64,000 bases of DNA from Amphiscolops sp. MND2022 (Eukaryota): assembly GCA_964187785.1 (NCBI GenBank), contig OZ076412.1:41602001-41666000 (forward strand). The letters run 5' to 3'. The notes under the pieces are model-generated. The model saw nothing but the letters and a program-made list of their open reading frames with translations, did not search any database and had not been told where the DNA came from. How positions within the stretch are numbered: position 1 is the first letter of the stretch; each line of letters begins with the position of its first letter. A program made the position numbers and the translations under genes. This document shows, piece after piece, positions 40,791 through 52,999 of this stretch.

Positions 40791-41527
40791 AAAGAAATAC
40801 TCGAATTGTTCCTGTTATGTAGCTTTATCATCTTTTGGGTTTTACAGTAACCTTTAACAAAGCATTTTGTAATAGTGTAGGTCAAAGAAATTGTTTATTT
40901 CAGAGGCCTAACTTGGGTACATATACCCCAAGTGGGCATGACACTCATAATTACTATGGTCATGTTGCCAAAAATAGATTAAATTTAAAACTAGCCTCGT
41001 TTCATAGTTCTAAAAATAGACTGTTACGTCACTTCTCATTGTATTGGCAGTGTTCCCGGTAGGGCTGTCGGACGGCTCGGGTCGATGGTATATTAATTAC
41101 CGCCCTGGGACAAGTAAATAAAAAACATGCTGGGAACAGCCCGAGTCGGCGCTTAGCCAAAGTTAAAAAAGCGCAGAGAATCTTTTTGAGACTTTCGTGC
41201 TACTAAAGGGTGCTTTGACTGAAAACAGGGGGGGGGCTTTATTGGAATAAAGAATTTTCGGGAAAAAGTCGCAAAGTTTTAAAAACCTTCAAAGGGGTTT
41301 CCTTCTACTTTGTAGTCTTAGTAGCAAAGGCGAAGATTAAAAACTAGAAAGTGTAATCTTGGAAACGTGGTTATGTGTTAATGCATGCTTCACTGACTGC
41401 ATCAAGGTGTGGTGCCATCAGTTGTCAGTACAAAGTTCCCTCAACCTCCACAAAAAATGCCTGATGGTTGCCACAATGATAGGAAGTGCCTTGCAGCCAC
41501 AATTCTGTACATAACTTTTGGAGCTGT

Positions 41528-42250
41528 TTCTAGTCGGCGCTTTTGGAATAAAAGAGCCGACTATTACAGTCACTTTTTTTAGTCGGCGCTTTTATTAATA
41601 AATGAGCCCGACTATTACAGTCACTCGTTTTTTTAAAGACGGACTCGAAGCGACGAACGTCAAATTTAACGTTCAACTACTATTTACAGTACTACTAAAA
41701 CGCTGGCAGCCCATTTAAGAAATTGCAAAGGGCCCCCCTTTCAGTTAGTCCATTTTTATCGTAACTTACAAAACCGGTCGAGACTAAAGGGCCCCCCTTT
41801 TGATTTTTTTTTCGGCACTGTGCGACTTTTTTTCGAAAGTTTTTTAATGTCCCAAAGGGTCCCCTCTTTGAATTTTTGTTATTTTACAACAGAATGCATG
41901 TTTATAAATCAAAAAAAGGTCCCCCTTTTTACATTTTTCGGCACTGTGCGACATTTTCCGAAAGAGAAAAATTTTCGAAAATTTCATGTTTTTTTTCCAA
42001 AAAAATGTTTCGCGCTTTTGTTCAATTTTGTTCAACAAAAAATTTTGTTCAATTTGTTCAACTGAACGAATACCTCGGAAATGCAGTGCAAGTTCGCAAA
42101 CGGTCATTTCATTTTTTTTTAATTTTCTTCAACGTAAAACACAACCGGATGAGACTAAAGGGCCCTCTTCTAATTTTTCGACTTCGTTAGATTCTTTTTG
42201 GAAGATTTTTTAAATGCCTCCGAAGAGTCCCTTTAGCAACAAATTGCATG
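41528..42250 (+). mobile_element. HINE-like copy with tandemly duplicated 5' end, 3' truncated
   Basis: Two successive TAGTCGGCGCTTTT...CGACTATTACAGTCAC blocks (about 41532 and 41580), followed by family body motifs. Confidence 0.55.
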
Positions 42251-43123
42251 TCAAAAGCCCAAAGCCCATTTGGAGATTTTTTATAATGATTATTTTCTTT
42301 TCATGTAAAAATTAGGTTTTCTCAGTGGCCCAGCAAGCTATATCCGAACTTTTCACGTTATATCCGAAGTAAATTGCGTTTCATTAAAGAGGTGGTCGAG
42401 ATTCGCAAGTATTGCGCTTATATCCAAAATTTTGACGTTATATCCGAAGTGAATTCCGTCTGACAAAGAAGGAAGCTGAGGTTTGAAATTATAGTGCTAT
42501 ATCCGAATTCATTTCTTTGGAGTTCCTGCGAAGGAGAAATGATGTTTAAAGTCCTTCCGAAGAAACCCCATAAGGAGGATTGATCTCCACGGACCATCAA
42601 AAATGAATGACGATAAATGATCGGTCGGTATACCACTATAGCCAATTCTAGTAAAAATTAGCCCGGAAAATTGGGTGTCGGTAACATTCTGGAGAGGGCT
42701 GTTTTTCAAAAACAAATTATGCATCGAAATCATGTAATTATCAAAATGCTGAACTATATAATATCAATACATTTCAAAGGAGAATTTAACTTATTGTTAT
42801 TTTTAACTTTGCAGTCCGATCACTTAAGTGATTTTTGACATTTGTCAAGAAAAATTAGAACCACTCTTTTGTTCATTTATGATTGTTTACGACAGTCTAT
42901 GATAAAATTTTTGTACTCCAAATAATTATCGCAATTTTCACGCTACGTTGCTGAAACCCTGAATTGCGTCTTGACACTTTCCGAGTGGTGATTTGTCACA
43001 AATCAACATTTTCAGAAACTTGGAATTACATCTGAAACACTGAATCAGCGGTATTCGAAATTACCTAGGTTTTCGATCTTTGCGAATCTGTGCATATCTG
43101 CAGGACTTTTTCTGCTGGGTTCT

Positions 43124-43317
43124 TGTGAGAGAGTACACTCTCGAACACTCAAACAAAAAAAGAAACAGGTTGTGTAACACTTTATTAAAGTTGTTTACCA
43201 ACAAAAAGAGTGCTCACAAGAAAAGTGAGAGCGGCCATTTGCCACATGGTCTACATACAATACAGTATTAACAGCTCTATTGTTTTGATTCTTCCTCGAG
43301 ATAGCATAGCTATAACA
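43124..43317 (+). repeat. 5' LTR (194 bp)
   Basis: TGTGAGAGAG...CATAGCTATAACA, lying between the TSD and the PBS. Contains TTTATTAAAG (ATTAAA forward, AATAAA reverse). Confidence 0.75.
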
Positions 43318-46300
43318 TGGCGCTGCGAGACAATTCTTTTGAATCCAGCGGGAAACAAACCACAAGCAGTTCGTCAGCTCTGGCGGGACTGCCAGCTTAT
43401 TGGGAGTGTCCAGAAGTACCACCTAAAGCAGAATGGGAAAAGTGGTGGGAACTTTTCGTAATGGCAATAAATGCCAAACATGCTATATCAGTTACCGAGT
43501 TACTTAGAACACCTACCCAAAACAGCCCACGACAGGCAGCACTACTAAACAATCTAAACGAACAGGCCGCAGAACGGAAAGTTGTCAGCATTTTCTTCTT
43601 ATCATTAGGAGTGGCCGGCAGAAAGAATCTAACCGACAAATTTCCGTATATGACGGTAGCCACAGCACCACTAGCAGAAATCAAAGAAAATTGCGAGCAG
43701 ACGTTTTACAAACCCAGGAATAGAACCCTGGAGCGATACAAATTCTTCGCACGAAAACAACAGAGTCATGAGTCGTAGAGTCAATTCTGGAATATCCTCA
43801 CGGGATTAGCGGCAAGATGTGACTTTGGTGAACAAACAGAGGGACTTATCATGGACGCATTCATCCAGAACATGCGACACAAGACAGTACAGGAACGCCT
43901 GTGTACTGAACCAAAAGAAAATACACAGGAAGCATTGCGATTCGCGATCGCATATGAAGAAGGCATAAGCCAACAAAAGAATTTCGCAGGAGGCGCAGAA
44001 ATAAAAACAGAACCAGTAATGGCAGTAGAAGGAAGAACAACAAGAAATCCATGTACACGATGCGGGTTCGAATTTTCGCAAAACCACTTAGCAGCATGTA
44101 AAGCGAAAACAGAGAAATGCAGAAACTGCGGAGTAACGGGACACTTCGCAAGAATGTGCAAGAGACCAAGAGCTGGCAACTCGCGCGGAGCTGGCAGAAA
44201 TCAAAATAGTGGCAACATGCGGAGAGTGAACATGATTGAACAATCAGCCGACCAATCAGGAGGCAGCTCGGAGTGGGACGAGGACAACATTGTACTACAC
44301 GTAAACGGGGTAGGTGTTAAACCATTTGTGTTGAAAGGAAAGATAAACAAACAACAATTTTCAACCATGATAGACTCAGGGTCGCCCATAACGATCTTCA
44401 CGAAGGAAGACTTATGCCAAATACTGAAAACAGACCTAATCTTCGCAAGACCCCTCCCGAAAAACGAAGAGTACGTTGACTACAACGGCAGACCACTTAA
44501 TCTGGTAGGATACATCACAGTTGACGTAGAAGTGGGGAAACAAAAGATGACACGAGCACGCAAAGTGATATCAAGAGACGGGAAGAAGTCACTGATTGGT
44601 CGCGACTGGCTAACAAAACTAAACTACCGACTCACAGAAAAACAAAATGAAGGTGAGTGCAAAAACATTGTAAATAACATTGTAAGAAAAGCGGAACTGT
44701 CCCCGGAACTAAAACAAATTCAGAAAAAGTTTCCAAAGGTTTTTAAAAGAACAGGTAAGATCATCGGACACACGATCAAGATCGAATTCAAAGAAGGGGC
44801 CAAAATCACGCAACAGAAGGGCAGACGAGTGCCATTACAACTACAGCAAGCAGTGGATAAAGAAATAAAGAACCTACTGGAGGCAGGACATATCAGGAAG
44901 ATCGACAAAGTGACAGACGAGATGTTCATACAACCGGTGGTAATTACTGTCAAGAAGGACAGAAGTGTCAAAATTGCGCTAGATGCCAGGTCGCTCAACA
45001 ATGCCATTTTGAAGAATAAATATCAAATGCCAGATATGGAAAGTCTGATGGATAAGATCGCTGAGGTAATTAACAGCAAACAAGAAGGCGAAGTATTTTT
45101 CACTTCATTAGATATGCAATACGCATATGGCCAGACACAATTACACCCCGAGACGGCGAAGCACTGCAACTTCCAAATTGTGGGAGGAGAAACGACGGGC
45201 ACATACGCATTCAACACAGGATTTTACGGGTTAACGACAATGCCCCCGGAATTCCAGAAAATCATGGACAACATTTTACACGAACTAAACAATACATTCA
45301 CATTTATCGATGATATATTAATTGTGACAAAAGGGACAAAAGACGATCACCTGAAGAAAGTGGAAGAAACCATCAAAGTGTTAGATGAAGCAGGAGTCAG
45401 GCTGAAAATAGAAAAATGCATGATAGCCAAACGAGAAACTGAATGGCTGGGATACATATTGTCGGCTGAAGGAATAAAGCCCATCAACGAAAAGGTGCAG
45501 TTTATCACTGAGAAATTAAGACCAAAGAATTTAAAAGACTTGCGGTCCTTCATGGGGGCAATAAATCAGCTAAATAAATTTATACCGAACCTAGCCAACA
45601 TATGTGCACCCTTGAGACCCCTCCTAAAACACGATAACGAATGGAAGTGGGAAAAAGAGCATGAAGAAGCTTTCGAGAAAATAAAGGAAGCAATTCGAAA
45701 GATCACCGAGTTGAAACACTTCAAAAGAGACCTGCCCCTAAGAATTATATGTGATGCTAGCAGAGAAGGGCTGGGGGCGATGTTACAACAGGAACAAGAA
45801 GAAGGTTGGGAAACGACCCACTACGCTTCAAGATTTTTGACGGAGTTTGAACAAAAATACTCGATCAACGAGTTAGAATTGTTGGCCGTTGTGTGGGCCG
45901 TGGATTATTTCCGAAATTTTGTATACGGCACAGAATTCGAGGTAGTATCAGATCATAAAGCCCTAACGACTATACTAAGAGGTAACAGAGGAAATAAAAC
46001 ATATTCGTCAAGACTTACTATGTGGGTGGATCGGCTACTTCCGTTCCAATTCAGGGTAGTCCACGCCCCAGGCCGCACCATGGGAATGGCTGATTATTTG
46101 TCCCGGCATCCGTCGGAAATTAAGGGTAACGATAACAAAATTAAAGCAGAGGAATTGTGGCACAATTGGTTCACCGTTAAAGAAATAACTAAACAATCCA
46201 ATTCTGTCTTAGACACAGCCAATAGAATTCAACGAGAAGAAGCAAAACAGCCAATGAGCGAGAAGTTGGCAACTTCGAGCGAAAGGCACGCGAAGGTGAA

Positions 46301-48214
46301 GGCGGAGGAAGTGAGCGAGATAACAAGTGCAAATAAACAAACAATTAAACAAATAGCAGCAACCATAACAAACGCGCAAGAAAGCAATCACAGTGCGAAT
46401 TCAAGCGACAGCGAACAGATTAACAATAACGCAAATTCCAGCGACCAAATGAGCGACGAGCTAATACAAGAGGCTAACAAGCCACCCATAAAAACGCCAC
46501 AATGCTACTCGGTGAACCAAATCGAGGTTCTGCAATCTCTGGGCAATTTTACATTTGCCTCACAATATGAATCCGACGAGTTCCTACAAAGAGTAATTGG
46601 GCTAATAAAAAAGCCAGACGCAACCAAAATTAATCGACTGCCAACACCGTGGCGCGAAAAGTTTCGATGCCTTAGCTTAGACGAGCACGACTTTATGTAT
46701 ATGGACGAGCGCCTCGTCATTCCAAAACTATTGCGACCAATTATTATGCGGTCACTGCATTATGGCCATCCCGGTAGGGACTGTATGCTCGCCACAGTCA
46801 GCAACGTATGGTGGCCGAAATTACACAGAGAAGTCGTAACAATCGCAAAGAACTGCCCCCAATGCTGTAACGCCGGTAAGAATATTAAAACTATACTAAG
46901 GCAAAAACAAGTTGGTAAACTACCTAGTTGCTCCGAAAATAACCAAGAGATAGCAATAGACTTCGCTGGCCCGTTTCAAAATGCAATTCATGCAAGAAAA
47001 TATTTACTAGTCTCAATAGATCATTTTTCGGGTTGGCCAGAAGCAAAATTCTTAAGCAAGCCAACAACTGACAACGTAATAGAGTTCTTGAGAAATTATA
47101 TATCAGACACGGGATCCCTAAGATAATTAGGACGGACCCAGCCACAATCTTTCGGAGTAGAAAATTCAAGGAATTTTGTAACAAGTGGCTGATAAAACAT
47201 ATCGAGTGCCCAATAAGCGATCACCGTGGAAACGGAAAAATCGAACGGCTAATAAGAACGATAAACGAACGGCTAAGAACAAATAAGGAAATAGTGGTAA
47301 AGAGAGACAAGTCTGGGTTATCAGAAATATTATTTGCCTTGAGAATGAACCCATCAAGAACAGGAAAATCGCCGTTTGAAAAATACACTGGAGTAGAACC
47401 GAACACGATAAAGAAATTAGTCATAAATCGTGACAAATTCATTTCAGAAAACCCAGAATTTCCCCTTACAGAGACGGACTTCGAGAGTGGCCAAGACTCA
47501 ACAATACTAGTAAGAGAACGAGCCAGAGGAAGCAAGCTAGAAGGCAGCTTCAAGAAAAGAAAAGGCGTGCTCTTAGAACAGTCGAATCACACAATCACGT
47601 TCCTACCCGCAGGTAGCAACAATCCATCGGTCCTGTCAAAAAGGGACATCGGATACAGCAACGAAGACCAGCCATGCTGCTCAAAAGAGGCAGATAAGAG
47701 AAAGCAGACGAAAATAGTGGAGCCGCCAACTACAAGCGAGCTGTCAACTACAAGCGAGCGAACAAATAGAAATGAGACAAGCAGCAAAAGTTTACCGCCA
47801 GATGCAGAAGTTGAACGCGCGCACGAGCCAATAAAAAGAGAGAACGAAAAGAAAGCGCCGGCAATGAAACAGTTCAAGGAGAAAATAGCAAAGAGAAACC
47901 AAAAGCAAAAGAAAAGCAAAATCGAAAAACGACCCACAATCTGGGAACAATTAGAAAATTCAGACTCTGAAGAAGAAGAAGAACAAAAACCAGAAAAGCC
48001 AAATGAAGAAACAATCACTGCACACGAAGAGAAGAACAAGCAGAATGAAGAAACAATCACCGCGCACGAAGAGAAGAACGAGCAGAACCAGCCCAAGGCA
48101 GAAAAACAACAGAAGGCAGAGCCAAGAAGGGGGGAAAGGAGCCGAAACAAAACCGAATTCTACGGCCACAATGTGATGATAACCAACATCGAACAGAGCC
48201 CGGAAAAGCAATAA
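43317..48214 (+). pseudogene. gag-pol polyprotein (about 1,630 aa) with one premature stop (TAG 43776-43778) and one frameshift (about 47107)
   Basis: CCHC knuckle CRNCGVTGHFARMC, protease MIDSGSP, RT LDMQYAYGQ and FIDDILI, RNase H CDASREGLGA and VSDHKAL, integrase HYGHPG...CPQC and IDFAGP. After the shift the frame continues HGIPKIIRTDPA...IERLIRTINERL into ORF 47294-48214. Confidence 0.95.
43318..43329 (+). promoter_or_regulatory. Primer binding site, tRNA-Ser-like
   Basis: TGGCGCTGCGAG directly after the LTR CA, complementary to the 3' end of Ser(TGA/CGA)-type tRNAs. The gag ATG (43317-43319) overlaps the junction. Confidence 0.65.
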
Positions 48215-51200
48215 GCCAGGAGTTGCCAACTCCAAAGAAGCTGTCACCACCATAGCTATAACAGTTCTGCAAAGATCGTTTCACTGAATCTTGAAGATCC
48301 ATACAGATCTGCAAGATCTTTAAAGAAGTGTGAAGATTTTCTTGAAGATTTTGCAGAAATATGTTTTTCTGCAGCTTCTAAGGAACCAATATACTATATT
48401 TTTGGACTTCTTCAACTACTTTATCCAGTATTTTAGCTGACCTAGGGTCAGTTAGTTGAAATTCGCCATCACTCAAAATTCTCGAGAAGGAAAATTTGTC
48501 CCTATCACGATAATTTTGGTGACTGGAGAAAGTGCGGTAACTGTTATACACCGTAATTTATCCATTTCACTTGAACATTTCAGAAGTGGTTTTTCAACTT
48601 TGAGAGGCTCGTTTACCTTATTGACTCGTTTTGACAGATAAAATCTGACATGTGGCAACCTTCTGGGTTGGTAGATGTATTGATAAAGTGTTGTTGTTGT
48701 AATATTTCCGCAACATAGTTTGTTGGAGTATTTTTAGTAATTGGTGTTAACTTGGAATGTTATAGTAATTTATTGGTTTTTGTTCGGCTCTGTAAAGATC
48801 TGTAAAGATCTGTAATCTCTACAGATCTGTACAGATTGCTACAGAAAAATTTTTCATCATTTTGACAAAGATATGACTTCTCTCCAGTTATAAACATTTT
48901 TATTATTCCTTTGACATCGATGTGGGTTTTTTGGTTTTTATTGTGTTTCTGAGTATGTCAGTTTTTTCGAATCTGCAAATATCTGTAAAGATCCGCAAAA
49001 ATTCTGCAGGTCTGCACATATCTGCAAAGAGCTGCAAAAATCCTGCAGATCTGCACAGATTCTCAAAGATTGAAAACCTGGGTAGCGTTAAAATTTTTGA
49101 TCTCGAATGTGAAAAAGACTAAGTCGTTTAGACTTACCGTGATTATATATTTTTCAAGAACAGCCGCATTACAATGAGCAAGTTTACAAAATTTTGACGT
49201 TTTATTGACGACCCGCTCAAGGTTCAAAAAGGACGAAAGGTTTTTGAATATGCTAAGAGACACTATTGTGGAAATTTCTATCAATTTTACACTACCAAAA
49301 AGACCCGAAGATATACACATAAGACTCGAAAACTGCTTTTTCCCTAACTGGAAACATCGAAATCCATTTTTTGAAACTTTTCTTTCCGGAAAAAGTCTCA
49401 CAGTGTAACAAAAGGAGCTTTAAGCAAAATCTTTTTTCTACCATTAGACTATCACTCCTTTCCAACCAGCGTTGTAATGTGAAATTTATAAAGTTTATAC
49501 AATGAAATTTATAGAAGTGGACGACAGAAGAAAACAGATTTGCCACTGTAAGAGTCTTGCACTTTGTACTAAAAAGCGCCCACCAAAATTTCTCTCTGAA
49601 ATTCTGAGAACAATTCGTTTCTTAAAGTTTTTTTAAAGAGATTTAAAGAGTTATAATGGTATAGATTAAATCAAACCAAAAAAAGAAATCGAATTTTTGT
49701 GAAAAGTTAAGACTAACCTCTAGCGTTGTTTTGGTTCCGGGCATTATTGAAGGGCGCCCCTTCGCGACATCTACATTCAACCCCTTCCCCATGTCCGTTG
49801 GGAGAGTGGGGGGCTGTTGTGGCCGACGCCCTGCATTGCAATCGGTGCTCAAATCGAGTAGTGGCCAGACTATCCATAGAATCCATCCAACGTAATCACT
49901 AATTAAGCGGAGAGAGGGAATGAGTGACTACTAATGTCCAAGGATAACAACAAAATTGAGTTCTTTACTACATCCAGTTCGTTTGAATGCATTTTCACGG
50001 ATGTAGTTTTATCTTCAGTTTTTTATGGCCTCAGTTTAAACAGTTATAAATATAGCCTTTGTTCGCAACCGAGTGCGCTAATAAACCTTTCGGTGTGATT
50101 ATGCCGTTTCAAAAACGACAGGTGACGGCTTGTAAGATAATTCTGGATAAGTAAAAATTTCACCTCAATTGTCTGGATCTACAATAAATTACCTCTTCAA
50201 ACAACGTCAAAAAGCTGCTGCCGCTTTGATGCAATGCGACCACTTTGCTTGTAGTGTTCCAAACGTAAATTAACAAGCATACAAGGCGGCCAGTCTTTTT
50301 CAGTTTGGGTCGTTTCGTTTGTTGTTCAATAACAGGAGAAAAAAGTGACGTCACAGCGAATTAAGAAAAGTATTGCTTTGTGGGAATTAAAATGAAGCAA
50401 GGTTTCAAAGACAGGAGGATACTCTAAGCGGATAACAGCCACTGTGCCCGTGAGCTTCAGCGGGTTTCATAAAAAGCAAACAAAAGTGTGAGATTTTGAG
50501 AGAAAACAGGCACTGTTTAAAATGTTTTGCCGCGGGCTCAGTTTAGTTCGAAGCCTGTTTAAGGGCATGCAAGGCAGGTAAAATGGCGGGAATTACTTTG
50601 TATGAATGGCTGAGAGGCCGGCCGATAGTTGACTGTGTACAGTTTTTGTGCTATTTGTCGCCTGCGGAACGGGGAAATGTTTATACTGTAGAATAGTATT
50701 TGAGCAAGTTTTGATAGGAATCAAGTTAAGTGCAACAACAGAGACACACAGCTGGCTTACATTAAATTACCTGGTTGGAAATTAGAGCAAGATTTAAACA
50801 ACAATTGTTGATTGATAAACCAACGAAGCTACCATGCGCCATGGTTTCCACTCATGTCTGTGCTTTGTGCCTCTAGCAAACGCTGTCCCCCAAATATGTC
50901 AAGAAGCAAACATGTCGATCGATGTTCTCTTCTGCCAACAAATCAAATGAAAGACAGCAGCCAAATGAGCACAATTCAATTCAATTTTCTCTAATCAATC
51001 GATATCCCAAAACAGCAACAACAAGGAGAGAATAGAAGCGACCATGGCACAGACAACAAGGAACAGACAGCCCAAGACCGAGCTTAAGCCAAGTCACAAC
51101 TGTGGCTGCACTTGTTCCTGCTATCTGCTCGTTTCAACCCAGCTTTTGCTCCTCGTTTTTACAGCAGTTCTTCCGCCTCTGCTCTTGACAATCTCTTTGT

Positions 51201-52999
51201 TGAAACCGCTTCATTTGTTTTTATTGTACTAATAATTCACACAAAAACACAAACATTGCACGCTTAATAAAAACTGCCTTACTTTTCAACTATTCGCGCC
51301 AATTAACTTCAAACCGGAAATTCTTGTCCGCACCTAAGTTATCTAGATAAAAAGAACGTTTCATAGTTTGGAACACTACAATTATATTGGTTAATTAACT
51401 AAACCAGATCAAAAATAACAAGCAGTCCAGGGAAAAATAGTTGAAGCAAAAGTTGTTTTCAATCAGTCTTCTTTGGGTAACATAGCCAAAAGAAAACAAG
51501 ATAGAATTTTGGCCAACAGGAAATGTTGTCTGCGGAAATATATGGCGGGAAAATCAAGACGGGGAGACTGCGCTATTGGGCCAAGGAAGGGGGGTGTGTA
51601 CGGAGAGTGGAGACTTGGGATTGGTTTTGTTAGTTCAACGCGAATGGCGCAACTTTGCATATTTGTAACCTTCATTTTAATATCCTGAAAAGCCTCCTAA
51701 ATTGACATTTTACATAAATAGTGTTGAACGAAAAATAGCGCAATGGGAACTCCCAAAACCCCTCGAAGCCCTTATAGAAGCGAAACTTGAAATTACAAAC
51801 TCTTGAATTCCGCTCCACAAAGCTACATGAAAGGAATAGACTTTAATAGGATTAGTAAAACTCAATATGAAACTTCAGCAACAGATTCGAGACTAAATTG
51901 ACCCAATTTATCCCTAGCGTGGAATAAATGTTGAGTCATTGCATGGCAACATATATTTAATCTTCGAAACCGGAATAGCATATATTGAATGCACTTATAG
52001 GCACTTATCTTGACTCTGATTATAAACGATAACTGATACTGTCTAGCAGTTAGTACTCATCGTTTTCCAAATAATCAGCTTTTCAATAAATCAGTTTTCC
52101 AACAAAAATAGTGTCTGGTCAACTTTTTTTAAAATGTAACAAAAACCCAACTAGTGCTTATCTATTTCAGAATGTAACAAATGACAATACAGAACAAAAT
52201 ATGTGACAAAAGTTCCTGTTAACAATGGTTATTGTCAAAAGTTAATTAACATTTCATGTTGTACGCTTTCGAGCCTTTCCGAGACCTTGTCAAATCGGCT
52301 GATAAAAAAGCTCATATCAAAAGGTTTCACGATTATCTACCAGGAATGACGTTTTAATTGTTTAACAAGACGCCCGCTGAGCAGCGGGATATTTTCCGCC
52401 CCGAACTGTTCTACATAAGTTCTACATAAACAACTACATAAGTTTGAGGCTCAAGAATAAGCCAATGCACTATAAAAATGCCAATAAGTTCGAAGAAAAG
52501 AAAACTTTGATTCATCGTACCCCATTTTAAAGGAAACCCCTAATTTATCAGAGAGCTGGCCACTTTTCGTTTTTTCGGCACTATGCGACTTACCGAGAGA
52601 AAAGAAAGTTTTCAATAAATTTTTTGAAAATAATTTTTTAAAAACAATTTTCAAAATTTTTAGTTTTCGAGTTTTTCTGTAAAGGAAACAAGTTTCCCGA
52701 GTCTTGAGGGTGACCTCTTTGTTACTTTTGATCACGCGGAACTGATGAGTTTTCTTCTTGATTGTGGGAAATACCTCATTTAAGTTTTTTTCGACTCTGT
52801 ACCTCTTTCCGAAACTTTCATTTGGTCAAAGTGTACCCCTTGCTTTCATAGCACATTTCGGCTTGAGAAAAGCAGTTTCGCGAGCTGAAACTCGTTTCGC
52901 CATAAATGGTAAAAGGGAAAATGGTAAAATCTTGAAATTAGGTGTGTTTCAAATTTAGGAAAGTTGAGCGATCCCGGTTTGTTATATTATTGTTAATTG

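Larger units (their letters stand above)
43124..48263 (+). mobile_element. Ty3/Gypsy LTR retrotransposon (Mag-like), 3' LTR almost entirely deleted
   Basis: TG...CA ends, 5-bp TSD GTTCT (43119-43123 and 48264-48268), and a single gag-pol frame. The last 13 bp CATAGCTATAACA equal the end of the 5' LTR. Confidence 0.9.
43064..49082. mobile_element. CCC...GGG MITE (about 874 bp) split by the Gypsy insertion
   Basis: TIR CCTAGGTTTTCGATCTTTGCGAATCTGTGCATATCTGCAGGA versus the reverse complement of TCCTGCAGATCTGCACAGATTCTCAAAGATTGAAAACCTGGG. TA at 43062-43063 and 49083-49084. Same family as 25853-26617. Confidence 0.8.

Noticed and set aside
43776-43778. Programmed stop-codon readthrough between gag and pol
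   Set aside because: The TAG lies mid-gag, before the zinc knuckle and not at the gag/protease boundary, and has no readthrough context. It is most likely a nonsense mutation or a base error.
47100-47126. Programmed frameshift in integrase
   Set aside because: It falls between the catalytic aspartates with no slippery sequence, so it is treated as a 1-nt deletion.
43397-48314. Numerous minus-strand ORFs (up to 187 aa) over the Gypsy element
   Set aside because: These are antisense shadows of an A-rich coding strand and contain no motifs.
52740-52780. Hammerhead ribozyme cores at CTGATGA sites (also about 337, 18085 minus, 22654, 30088) and a retrozyme interpretation of the long-LTR element
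   Set aside because: No stem II closing onto GAAA and no matching stems I/III were found by eye, and there is no CTGANGA core with proper geometry in the LTRs. An Infernal search would be decisive.
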